Shown here: piece after piece, positions 12,568 through 23,510 of the stretch
Numbering within the stretch: position 1 is the stretch's first letter
Layout of the letters: every line of letters starts with the position of its first letter
Origin: Chiloscyllium plagiosum
Taxonomy: Eukaryota
Direction of reading: 5' to 3'
DNA length: 38,848 nucleotides
Assembly: GCF_004010195.1 (NCBI RefSeq)
Contig: NW_025214073.1
Coordinates: 1 to 38,848, forward strand
Position numbers and translations under genes: made by a program
The notes under the pieces: generated by a model
The model's database searches: none
Seen by the model: only the letters and a program-made list of their open reading frames with translations
Told to the model about the DNA's origin: nothing

Positions 12568-12592
12568 TTAATTCTTCTTCTGTGAATAACAT
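12568..12592 (-). other. Candidate short terminal coding exon (x-CYSQKKN*), paralog 1
   Basis: Polypyrimidine tract plus CAG acceptor (TTTCCTTTCTATTCTCCAG). Acceptor and TAA are conserved in the paralog at 34159-34183. No upstream coding exons identified. Confidence 0.25.
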
Positions 12593-12639
12593 CTGGAGAA
12601 TAGAAAGGAAATCAAGGTTTGTTTGTGATATTCATAAAT

Positions 12640-13562
12640 GATGATGGTGAGATTGTGGAAGATGGATGGCAGTGGAATGATAACTAATGCTGGGGATGAC
12701 ACAAAGATTAGCTGGGTGGTTCACAGTGAGGAGGAAAGGGTTAGCCTCAGGACGAGATAAACAGATGATTTCTATATCCCCAGATTAATGGCCGATAAAG
12801 TTTAACACTGATAAATGTGAGATGATGCACATCTGAATGAACAAGACAAGTGAGTACTCAAACTTTGAAGGGCGAGGGCTAAATTTGCTCCTTTTTTCAT
12901 TGCAGCAGGGAAGTTGAGGAGGGAACCTGGTACAGGTGTACAAGACCATAAGGGGAATGGAGATGATGAACAGACAGCAGCTGTTTCCCTTACTCGAAGG
13001 GTCAAAAACAAAGGGATACATACTTAAAGTGAAAGGCAGGAGATTGAGAGAGGATTTGTGAGTTTATTTTGAACTGAGAGGGTGGCACACACATAGAATA
13101 TAAAATTCCTACGGTGTGGAAGTAGGCTCTTCGACCCAACAAATCCACACTGACCCTCCAAAGAGTAATCCACCCAAACAAGTTCCTCCTATATTTACCC
13201 CTGACTAATGCACCTAACCTACACATCCCTGAACATTATGGGCAATTAAGCATGGCCAATTCACCTAACCTGAACATCTTTCGATTGTGGGAGGAAACCG
13301 GAGTACCTAGAGGAAACCACGCAGACACAAGGAGATTGTACAAAATCCATGCAGGCAGTCACCCGAGGCTGGAATCAAACCTGGGTCCCCAGGGCTCCAA
13401 GGCAGGAGTGCTAACCAAGGAGCTTCCGTTCTTCCCCTGGTGACATGTGTCTGGAATGCATTGCCTAGGCGGGTGATTGAGCAGGTAATCTCACAAACTT
13501 TTTAAAAATCCTTCGGATATGCACTTGGCGGTGCAGGCTCGCATTTTCATTCAATGATTCTA
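12640..13562 (+). mobile_element. Old CR1 3' fragment interrupted by an HE1 SINE
   Basis: Degenerate 'DDTKI', 'KFNTDKCEMMH' and 'NLVQVYKTIRGM' motifs. Shares an internal deletion junction with 34215-34530. Confidence 0.65.
13095..13440 (-). mobile_element. HE1-like tRNA-derived SINE
   Basis: Reverse-complement similarity to 14423-14722 (GGAGGAAACCGGAG...GCAGACAC core; TTAAGCATGGCCAATTCACCTAACC). Confidence 0.85.
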
Positions 13563-13569
13563 TGTGGTG

Positions 13570-14090
13570 GCAGCCATGAAAACTCTGATGATTTCTGAAG
13601 CAATAGCGAATGGTAGTTCCTGGTTTGTTCCATTGACTGATCAGTGAGTGAGCCTCCAGTGTTATGTCCCATTTTCTATTCAGGTTTTTCAGTTTCCTTG
13701 AGTTGGTAATCTAATTTTCTGTGTCGATGATGTCATTTTCTGCCCTTTTTCTCAGAGGTTGGTAGATGGAGTCAAAATTGATGTCTTTATTGATGGAGTT
13801 CCGGTTAGGATGCCATGTTTCTAGGAATGCATGATCTTGTCTCTGTTTGGCCTGTCCTAGGATGGATATGCAGACACAGTCAAAGTGGCGTACTTCCTCA
13901 TCAGTACGTAAGAAATTAGTGTTAGGGTCATTTCTTTTGTGGCTAATTGATGTTTATATATCCTGGTGACTAGTTTTATGTTTGTTTTCCGTTGTAGTGT
14001 TTGTTATAGTTCATGCAAGGCTTATTGTTCCAGGAGCAGAACAGACAGAGATGTGAAATTATTGCGGTGCTCCAAAGTATGGAAAAAGTT
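13570..14090 (-). mobile_element. Penelope-like element (Poseidon-type) GIY-YIG endonuclease fragment
   Basis: Minus-strand translation across frameshifts: 'PCMNYNKHYNGKQT..LVTRIYKHQLATKRND...HFD...ILGQAKQR...FLETWH.NRNSINK'. Confidence 0.75.
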
Positions 14091-14395
14091 GCAGAGTAGG
14101 AAAAGAATGCTCTATGATTTGGTATCACATCATCAAGGACTTCTAAATTCAAGGTTGTCAGCAAAAGAGCTAGGAGTGAAATAAGGAAAAATGTCCTTAT
14201 TTAGAGAGTTGTTACGAATTGGAATTGACTGGCTGGGAAAGTTGTGGATGAAGATTCAAACCAGAACTGGATACGTATTTAGAAAGTATGAATTTAACGG
14301 GCAATAGAGAGAGGGCTGGCAAATGGGAGATGTTTGGGAGACATTTTTGGAGCTGATTCATATATATTAGTCAATGACCTCCTCCTGTACTTTAA
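14090..14395 (+). mobile_element. Highly decayed CR1 3' end
   Basis: 'RVVTNWN' type segment followed by a typical 3' UTR-like sequence. Confidence 0.5.
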
Positions 14396-14422
14396 AGGGA
14401 GACCGTGTTAGGGAGTTGGAGC

Positions 14423-14722
14423 TGGGCAGCACAGTGGCTCAGTTGCTAGCTCTGCTGCCTCACAGCACCAGGGACCAAGATTCAAAACCTGTCTCGGTCT
14501 GTGTGGAGTTTGCACATCTCCCCGTGTCTGCGTGGGTTTCCTCTGGGTGCTGTGGTTTCCTCCCACATTCGAAAGATGTGCACGTTAGGTGAAGTAGTGT
14601 TGCTGAATTGCCCGTAGCGTTGGGTGTAGGGGAATGGGTCTGGGTGGGCTGCTCTTCAGTGGGTCAGTGCGGACTTGTTGGGCCGAATGGCCTATTTCCA
14701 CACTGTAGGTAATCTAATCTAG
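14423..14722 (+). mobile_element. HE1-like SINE, near full length
   Basis: tRNA-like head with A box TGGCTCAGTTGCT and B box GATTCAAAACC; core GTGTGGAGTTTGCACATCTCCCCGTGTCTGCGTGGGTTTCC; LINE-type tail ending (AATCT)n. Confidence 0.9.
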
Positions 14723-14849
14723 GATGCAGTCAGGGTCATCCGAAATACTTAGAACTTCATAGATAAGTGCTTATATGTGGTGGCCATACCCAAGACACGC
14801 CCCTAGTTGTGTTCCTTTAATGTCTGTAATATTCCAGTCTAACGTTCAT

Positions 14850-15001
14850 CACCCTGAGTTCATTCGCTGTGTTCCTGATGAAGGACTTTTGCCTGAAACA
14901 TCGGATTTTACTGCTCCTCGGATGCTGCCTGATTTGTTGTGCTCTTCAAGCACCACTAATCCACAATCAAGTTTCCAGCATCTGCAGTCATCGTTTTTAC
15001 C
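14850..15001 (+). mobile_element. Penelope pLTR fragment with hammerhead core (14875-14902)
   Basis: CTGATGA-AGGACTTTTGCCT-GAAA-CATC, followed by GGATGCTGCCTGA...CCAGCATCTGCAGTC as in the other pLTRs. Confidence 0.75.
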
Positions 15002-15084
15002 CAGCCTTACCTGTCAGTCCTGTTGTATTTAAATAAACACAATTTAATCCAACAGGCATTCCTTGCTTCCTGTCGTGTTCAAGG

Positions 15085-17165
15085 CAGAGAGTAGAAGAGC
15101 GACCACCAGGAATGGCAAAGGGAGAAGGCAGGGAATGCAGGAATCCCCTGTGGCCATTCCTCTCGATAACAAGTAGACCCGTTTTGGATTGTTGGGGGCA
15201 ATGTCCATTCAGGGGAAAGCAGCAGTAGCCAGGTTGGTGGTAATACCACTGGGGCACAGCGGGAAAGAGTAAAGGTAAACAGGACGTTCGAAATAGGAGG
15301 GTCGATTGTTAAAGAGGGACAGATCGGAGATTCTGTGGCCACAAATGGGAATCCAGGATGGTGGGTTACCTCCCAGGTGCTAGGGTCCAGAATGTTTCCA
15401 AGTGGCTGCAGAACACTCTCAAGGGGGAGGAGGAGCAACCAGAAATCATTATGCACGTTGGCACAAATGGTACCCGTAGAATAGGGATGAGGTCCTTCAG
15501 CGTGATTGCTGACAGCTAGGAGAAACATTGTTTAAAAAAAAACCTTGACAGTGATAATCTCCTGAGAGGGAGATTACCGTCAGAGACTTGCACTAAGGGG
15601 CACCAATATCTTGGCGGCCGGTTTTGCTCGTGTTACAAGGGAATGTTTAAAATAGATTGGCAGGGGTTGGCATCCTCAAGAACAGGGAGGTAAGTGGGAG
15701 GCTGGAAGGAGATATAGTAATCACAAATCAGTAAAAGTAGACGGGAAAACGACAGAGAGAAAGTACTGTCTTTTGGATTAAATTGTATCTATTTCAATGC
15801 AAGAAGGCCTACAGGTAATGCCGATGAACTCAGGGCATGGATAGGGAGGTGGGACTGGTATGTTATAGCCAATACACAAACATGGCTAAGTGATGGATAG
15901 GACTGACAGCTTAATGTGCCAGGGTACATGTGCTTTAAACAATACAGAGATGGTGGAAGGAGGGGAGGGAAGTTGCATTTCTGATTAAGGGGAGTACAAC
16001 AGCAGTAATCAGAGATAAAATAACTGATGGATCACCCAGTCAGGCTTTGTGGGTGGAGTTAAGAAATACGAAGGGGATGTGACGTGATGGGGTTATACAA
16101 TAGGCCCCCAAATAGTCAACAGGAATGAGAGTAACAAATATGCAGGGATAGAGGGGAGACCTGCAGGAGCAAAAGGATTATCATAATAGGGGTTTTTAAT
16201 TTTTCTAACATAGACTGGAACTGCCTGAGCGTTAAGGGATTTTAGAGTAGATTAGATTAGATTAGATTAGATTAGATTAGATTAGATTAGATTACTTACA
16301 GTGTGGAAACAGGCCCTTCGGCCCAACAAGTCCATACCAACCCGCTGTAGCGCAACCCACCCAGATCCATTCACCTACATGTACCCCTGCCCCTAACAAT
16401 ACGGGCAATTTAGCATGGCCAATTCACCTAACCTGCACATTTTTTGACCGTGGGAGGAAACCGGAGCACCCGGAGGAAACTCCCGCAAACACAGGGAGAA
16501 TGTGCAAATTCCACACAGTCAGTGGCCTGAGGCGGGAATTGAACCCAGGTCTCTAGTGCTGTGAGGCGCTGTGATGAGCTAAAATCTGTAAATGCATCAG
16601 GAATGTTTCCTCAAGCAGTATATCGAGTGTCCTATTCGGGAAGGGACAAAACTCGAAATTTTCTGAGGAAATAGGGCAGGACAGGTGATTGAATTAATAG
16701 TGGGGGAGCACTTTGGGACAGTAACCACCGTTCTATTAATCTTCAAATAGTTATGGAGAGGGACAAAACTGGTCCACAGGTTCATGTTCAAACTTGGGAC
16801 ATGGCTCAGGTCCAGTTAGCTGGGATCAAGGGAATCCCTGGAGGTATATAAGAGATACTGGAGTCTATGGAAGAGGGAAATCAGTAGGTTGAAAAAGGGG
16901 CAAGAAAGACTATTGGCTGAGAAGATTAGGATGAATCCAAAACGGTACTTGAAATATATTGAAAGAAAAGCAATAACTACAGAGAAAATAGGACCCCACG
17001 AAGATCAAAGTGAACAAGTATGTGTGAAACCATAAAAGATGGGTGAAGTTCTCAACGAATATTTCTACTCTATGGTTACCTTGGAGAAATACATGAATAC
17101 TTGGGAACTTGAGGAAGTTAGTAGTGATATCTTAAGGACAACCAATATCATAGAAGAGAAGATTT
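15085..17165 (+). mobile_element. Decayed CR1: ORF1 (SGNH esterase-like) and ORF2 AP endonuclease
   Basis: ORF1 'IGGSIVK', 'LPGAR', 'EIIMHVGTNG'; EN 'LNCIYFNAR', 'LWVELRN', 'IIGVFNFSNIDW', 'VGEHFGT'. Confidence 0.85.
16243..16572 (-). mobile_element. HE1-like SINE with expanded (TAGAT)n tail, inserted in the CR1 endonuclease
   Basis: About 9 TAGAT units at 16248-16293, then reverse-complement HE1 body and B box (GGGAATTGAACCCAGG). Confidence 0.9.
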
Positions 17166-17924
17166 GGGACGCGATTTCTCTTTCATATCCAATTCTTTGT
17201 AGCCCTCCACTCTCTGATGTGTCAAAATCCATTGACACCCGCTCGCACCCCCCAAACATTGCAGTGATGTAGCCTCCCGCAACTGTCTGGTCCCAACTGT
17301 CACTATCCTCTGAGAGAAGGTAACACACCCCACACATATACCTTGGCCTATTGACATGGATAGAAGATATGAACAGAGCGTAAAGTGACGGGCCCTGATA
17401 TCACGGCAATATGTGATTGAGCAAGATGTCAAGGAGACTGATTAAAATTGAACTTGATGGGAATTAGTTGTAAACTCCCCGCTGGTGGGGTCATTCAGAA
17501 CACAATGTGGCTGGTGGACATCAGTCCTCTCGGTCCCTGGATATCTCTGTGGGCAATCCTCAGGGTAGCTTCTTCGGCACAAACATCTTCAGTTGCTTCA
17601 TCAATGTTTTTCCCTCTGCCATACTATCAGAGGTAGGGATGTTCTGTGAAGATTATACAATGTTCATAACGATGAGTCACCTCCTCGGGTACTAAAGTAT
17701 AATATCTGGACAACATTCAAGTTTGTGCTGTTCATGTACAGGTAACATTGATCAAAAACACTGCTGGACACTAAACATTTTCACGGTTAAAAAAAAGGAA
17801 CCGCTACAGCAACTCTAGCTAGTTTCACAGTAATATAAGAAAGCCATTCAACCCATCAGATCTATTGGATAACAACAGGCTCAATACATTCCCTCTCTCC
17901 GGCCTGTCCCACAAGAAGACAATT

Positions 17925-19365
17925 TTTAAAAAAGCAGCAGATATTGGAATCCAAAATAGACATACAGGAGGCTGTAAAAACAGAATAAGCAAGACAGCGT
18001 CAAGACGTTGAGAAATCAACGCCTAGGATATAACGCTTTGTCAGGACTGTGGTTAGGGGTAAGCGGGGCCTATAGATAAAGGGGCAATGAGGGAGGAGGA
18101 GGCAGACTGGCGAGATGGGCATAAGTGAACGCAGATAAAGGGTGTCAGCTGGTTGGTGATGAGAGGACTGAATAAAGTTGGTAGCTGGTTGAAGGGTTGA
18201 TCAGAGAAAGGGAAAGGAGGGGAAAGCCTGGGAAGGGAGTCGGAGAATTGGAAGGCACGCTATTTGAAATTGGAGAATTCAGTGTTGAGTCCCCGGGGTG
18301 GAGGCTGCACAGGTGACAGATGAGGTCTTGTTCCTCCAATTTATGGTTTGGTCCATTGTGGCAATGGAGGAGGTCAAGGATGGCCATGTCAGAAAGGGAT
18401 TGGGAGGGAGAATTGAAATACAAAGTGACTGGGAGGTCAGGTCAGCCCTTAGAAGCCTAATTGCGATACTCAGCAAAACATTCACTTCATTTGCATTTGG
18501 TCTTCCTGATGCAGTGAAGACCACATCGGGTTCATCAGATGGAGTTCACGAGGTTTGGATCCCACCACCTGGCACATCTCCCACAAGACTGTCCCCTTCA
18601 TTATCGTGCCACACTCCCCAACAATCACCGCAACAGCCCTCAGGTACCTTCTCCTGCAACCGCAAAAGGTGCATCACCTGCTGGCACACCATCTCCTCGA
18701 CTTTCTTGTAGGGCTTCAAACAGTGCTTGCAGTTCAGAAAGAGGTTCACCTGCCTCTCTTCCAACTAATTTACTGCATCAGGTGCTCCCGATGTGGTCTT
18801 CTCTACATCGGGGAGACCGAACATAAACTGAAGGCACATATCACTGAGCATCACAGCCGGGCCTGCAGTGGCCAACCTTATCTCTCAGTTACCGCCCAAT
18901 TGAATTCCTCTTCCCAATCCCTTTCCGACATAACCACCCCTGGCCTCTTCAGTTGCTTTGGTGAGGCAGACCATAAATTGGAGGAACAACACTTCATTTG
19001 ACTGGCAAGCCTACGACCTGGAAAACGCAACATTGAATTTTCCAATTTGAAATAACCTTACTACCCTTGACATTACTCCTTTTTCTGCCTATAATCCTCC
19101 ATTCCATTCCAGCTAACGACCCCGCCTTCCAGCTCCCAACTGGACTCATCTCTCCCATCGCCCAACCAGGTTGCATTCACCACTTGTGTCTACGTATCCG
19201 TACCTCACCATTCCGCTGCTCTCCCCACCCCAACCACTCCCTTCCCTCTTTATCTGCAGCTCCCACTACCCCCCACTCCCAGTCCTGAAGAACTGTTACA
19301 CCTTAAATGTTGACTTTCATACCTCATGATGCTGTCTGGCTTGCTGTGTTCTTCCCGCCTCCTGT
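17925..19365. mobile_element. Penelope-like (Neptune-type) 3' fragments in inverted, back-to-back arrangement (- 17925-18555; + 18556-19365)
   Basis: Plus arm: Cys linker 'TFSCNRKRCITC', GIY-YIG 'LIYCIRCSRCGLLYIGETEHKL' and 'KLEEQHFI'. Minus arm: 'HKLEEQDLICHLCSLHP'. pLTR remnants at both outer ends. Confidence 0.85.
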
Positions 19366-21268
19366 AACTCAGGAAGATAGAGTCGAGTCAGCACAACATG
19401 CTGGTCGGCAGGAACCATGGGTTGCCCATTGAAGTCCTTGAACGTCTGCCCTCGGGTCAGGAGGAAGAGCACGTGAACAGAAGAGGTCATTCAGTCCCTC
19501 CTAAAAGTTACACTGAAATACGAGGATGTCTTTGATGCTGCAACATGACAAACCAATGAAGCAGATACTGCACAGACAGACTGCTCCATGTTGTCCCTCC
19601 AGGCTCCATTGCTATTGGTACACATGTGTTCTGTTAACATGGTTTGCTGACCATGAGGAGGGAAAGTGATTGGTTTGTACCAAGTCCCAAGGAGGCATCT
19701 TCCATCTTCGAGATGTCATGGACTAGGCTAGACCACTCAAAACATTCTTAAGCAGGCAGTCCAGAGCATAACTTTGCAAATTGTCATTCTTAAGCAGGCA
19801 GCCCAGAGCATAACTTTGCAAATTGTTTTGGTAAGTGTACAATGAAAATTACCCGGAACACTAGCTAAGTTGACTACCAGATTTTAAAATAGACAAAAAC
19901 TTTATTCATAAAATTACGCAATGAAACACAAAGAGCAGAATAAAGAACACCGACAGAATTCAACCTATTCAGCTAGATTTAATTACGTTGTTTTGGAATA
20001 TACACAACTGTTCCGATAAGCAAACTCCTAATAAAATCCAGTATAAATGGAACACATGCTTCCAGATTGAAGTTGAAGGTCAGAAAAGAGGAGTTTCCAC
20101 ATAGCTCCCTGTTGAACTTCCCAGTTCAAGATTCAGCTGAAAAGTGCTCAGTTCAGCTCAGCTAGTTCAGCTAAAAGAGTTCACCGCTCCCCCGTTCATC
20201 AAACAATTCACTTTTTAAGCAGATCCACTTTGGCCTGAAGTCTCACCTGTTTATATTTTCTGGCAATAGTCACTCAGGAGTGCATATCTCCTCCTCCCTC
20301 AGCATTACAGACTGAGAAGATCCTGTGTCCTTTAATATTGGAACCTCCTTACCAATTAGTCCTGGCCTATGTGAATAAACTTTACCCTTGCATGTATATT
20401 TGTTAAGCAGATCTGGCATATCTTCTTTGATCGATCTCTGATCATCCTGTACACTCTGAGGCAGTTGTCTAACTTCCCTTGTGTTTTTTGTTACTTTCCA
20501 ACAAAACTGCCAGGCTTGGCTGGTTTTCCTACATCTGGTTTTCTCCTAGCCCACCAACACTGTCACTTTGTGTCGCCCACTTTATTACAATGAAAACACC
20601 GGAGCCTTTGAACTTCTTTCTCCCCTTCAAGGGTTTCTTTTTTGACCCTGTGGTAAATGATCCTAATGATCTTCACTGTGATCTACTTTTCCCTTTCCAC
20701 GTGAGGTTATCTCTTTGCTCAAATTTGTATTCCTCTTGGACTGAAATCGAGTCTGGAAGCCAAGAGTTTATGGACCAGTTCATAATCATCAGCCACATCA
20801 GCTGCTAACCTTGTTGTTGTCACTCTCTGCTCTTCCACAGGAGTTTGCATTACTTCAGGCAGTGAAGTTTTGAAATCATCCGAAATGCTTTCCTCTCTAA
20901 GGGCATCATAGGTTTGCTTGATTTTTAAAGCTCTTATCCATCAATCGAAATTACTCTGTTTGATTCATTCAAACTCAACCGAGGTTTGACCAGGATCCCT
21001 CCTTAGATTCCTGAAAAGTTGCCTATGACCTTTTGGTACAAGCTCACTTAAAATGGCCTATTTTCACCACCTCATACTCCCCAGATACCTCCTCTGATAG
21101 AGATGCGAATACCTCACTAGCTCTACCTTCAAACCCACATTGCCTCTGGCCATTGCATTTGTTTAGCCACCTTTTCAAATGAGTTGAAAAAGACTTCCAC
21201 ATCCTTCTCATCAAATTTAGGCAATGCTTGCTCATCCTCACTCTCTTCCTGACTAAGTATAACCTCAG

Positions 21269-21470
21269 GAGAAAGTGAGGACTGCAGATGCTGGAGATCA
21301 GAGCTTAAAAATGTGTTGCTGGAAAAGCGCAGCAGCTCAGGCAGCATCCAAGGAGAAGGAGAATCGACGTTTCGGGCATAAGAAGAAGGACTTATGCCCG
21401 AAACGTCGATTCTCCTTCTCCTTGGATGCTGCCTGACCTGCTGCGCTTTTCCAGCAACACATTTTTAAGC
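21269..21470. mobile_element. Miniature inverted Penelope pLTR insertion (80-bp hairpin arms) in Gypsy gag
   Basis: Arms 21303-21382 and 21391-21470 have one mismatch; TSD (C)TAAGTATAACCTCAG at 21253-21268 and 21470-21485. Confidence 0.92.
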
Positions 21471-22025
21471 TAAGTATAACCTCAGCCTTTAACTCCAGAC
21501 TTTTACGCTGACTTTTCTTTTTAAGTGTCAGTTTTTTTTTGCTTTTCAAAAACTCTCTCTTTCTCCTCTGATACTCTCTTTTTTGTCTCTCTTCTGCTGT
21601 TCTCTTTTTTCTCTGTTCTGCTGCTCTCTCTTTATCCCCCTCTTCTGCTTTTAATCGTAATTCAAACTGTTTCATTTTTGCTGCCCTTTCCTTATCCCTC
21701 ACCGCTAACACATGCTGCTTCATTTGCAATTGAATTCTTGCTAGCTCTGTAGATTCTGATGGTTTCTTCAGCAAGTTTAACTGATTATCTCCTGCTGTAA
21801 TTATCTCTCCTTTCCTCACAGAAGCAGTCAGTTCCAATTTCAGCTTATCTGCTAAATCTTGCAGCTTTGTCTCATTCACCTATTGTAAAACTTCCAAAGT
21901 CACTGCGCCCACATCCAGAAAACTTTTGGCGAGTGAACGAACCAATTACTATCCCAAGCTTTGTCTACTCAACGAAACCAATACCCGAAATAAAGACACT
22001 AGCACCTACCACTCGCTGTTTAAAA

Positions 22026-22045
22026 ATCCCACAAAGAGTCCCCAA
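22026..22045 (-). promoter_or_regulatory. Degenerate primer-binding site, tRNA-Pro-like
   Basis: Minus strand TTGGGGACTCTTTGTGGGAT, 2 nt inside the 5' LTR, resembles TGGGGGCTCGTCCGGGAT. Confidence 0.65.
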
Positions 22046-23397
22046 TATGTTAAGGAGTCGACTAGACCATTCAAACATTATTAAGCAGGCAGCTAAGAGC
22101 ATAACTTTGCAACTTGTTTTGGTAAGTTTCAATGAAAATTACCCGGAGTAAGATAGCTAGGTTGTATACTAGATTTTAAAACAGACAAAACCTTTATATT
22201 CACAAAATTACACAATGAAACACAAAGAACAGAATAAAGAACCCCAACAAAATTCAACCTAACCAGCTAGACTTAATTATACTGTTCAGAATACACACAA
22301 CAGTCCCAATAAGCAAATTTCCTTTAAAACCCAGTAGAAACGGAACACATGCTTACAGTTTGAAGTTGAAGAGCAGAAAAGAGAGAGAGTTTCCACACAG
22401 CTCCCTGTTGAACCTCCCATTTCAAGACAAAACTGAAAATTGCTCAGCTCCGCTCAGCTCAGCGAGTTCAGCTGAAAGAGCTGACCACTCCTCTTTCGTT
22501 ATCTCGGTCACTTCAAAGGCATAACCAATTTGGCCTGAAGTCTCTTCTGTTTACATATAAACAGAAGGCCTCTGGAAATCCTTTTCATCTATGTACCAAA
22601 CCAGACTGACCGGAGTCGGGTCCTATTTTATTGCCCCTCTGAAAAAAGACAAGGACACTGTCTCCTTGAGCCAACGAACACCTTTTATATATAAAAAAGA
22701 CTAGCTTTGTGATAGAGAAGACTGGCTAGTGTTCTGTATGGAGGTCAGAAGCTGGTGGGAATGGTTAACAGTATCAGAGGATGGCTGCTGACAGATTTGT
22801 GAACAATATCACGTTCAATACAGGGGCACACATCTACTGCACTTTGAGACGATAAGAATTCATTCAGAACCTGGAGCTTCTGGCAACCAACATGGGGGCT
22901 TCACAGAGCGACATAAACTATCATAGGTTCATAGAATCCTACAGCATGGAGACAGGCCCTTTACCCCAAACTGGTTCATGTGGACCAAAATGTCCATTCA
23001 TGCTCACCCCGTTTCCCTGCACCTGGCCCATATCCTTCTAAACCTTTCCTATCTATATATTGTCTAAATGTAAAGACATGTATCGCGGAAAACATGTTAT
23101 ATTTGTTTTGGAAATAATGAATGTTGGTCCATAATGCTCAAGTTTTAATGCAACCACTTTAAACAGACATTTCCTTCACACTCTCCTCATGGTACCATCA
23201 CTGCAGGGATTAGTGTGATGTAACTCCTTTGCACTGTCTCTCTGTAGCAAGGAGATCATTCATTATAATGGAGAGAAAATTTGTTCACAGTGACCAACGT
23301 AATGTCTCAATAACACTCTACAACTGCAGGAAGGTGTCTTCACTCTTATACTTTAATCACTTTGCATGAAGGACACCACACATTTACTGTGCTGATT

Positions 23398-23510
23398 ACT
23401 TACCGCTCCGTATGAATTCTGTCAGTGACTGATGACCAAAGACATCCGGCTCCTTCTCACCAAGAGCACTTCCCACTTTCTCGCCTTCTCATAAATACAA
23501 AATGAGAAGG
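23398..23510 (-). promoter_or_regulatory. Candidate promoter / first exon with consensus splice donor
   Basis: Minus strand: TATTTAT inside a 9-bp inverted repeat, GAAAGTGGGAAGT, then G|GTAAGT (donor 23403-23398), in apparently non-repeat DNA. Confidence 0.2.

Larger units (their letters stand above)
19714..22714 (-). mobile_element. Gypsy LTR retrotransposon (Gmr1-like), gag-protease only, pol deleted
   Basis: LTRs 22048-22714 (5') and 19714-~20255 (3', truncated); 4-bp TSD GAGA (19710-19713, 22715-22718). Gag 'LPKFDEKDVEVFFNSFEKVAKQMQWPEAMW' and 'AADVADDYELVHK'; broken CCHC 'CFHCNKVGDTK*QC' (~20565-20606); protease 'ILKDTGSSQS' (DTG at 20321-20329). Confidence 0.9.

Noticed and set aside
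14423..14490. tRNA gene
   Set aside because: tRNA-derived head of an HE1-like SINE, continuous with the SINE body and tail.
15000..15080. Strong minus-strand donor CAG|GTAAGG with an open frame
   Set aside because: The frame 'GLNCVYLNTTGLTGKA' is an inverted fragment of the CR1 endonuclease start (compare 15775-15825).
19366..19713. Apparently unique GC-balanced segment as a possible exon
   Set aside because: No convincing splice sites or open frame; weak resemblance to an RTE-type LINE 3' end, too decayed to call.
21337..21879. 180-aa coiled-coil ORF as a host or domesticated gene
   Set aside because: It is the Gypsy gag N-terminus read through a frameshift into the Penelope insertion.
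23286..23325. CACAGTG heptamer
   Set aside because: No nonamer at 12- or 23-bp spacing and no V, D or J segment adjacent.
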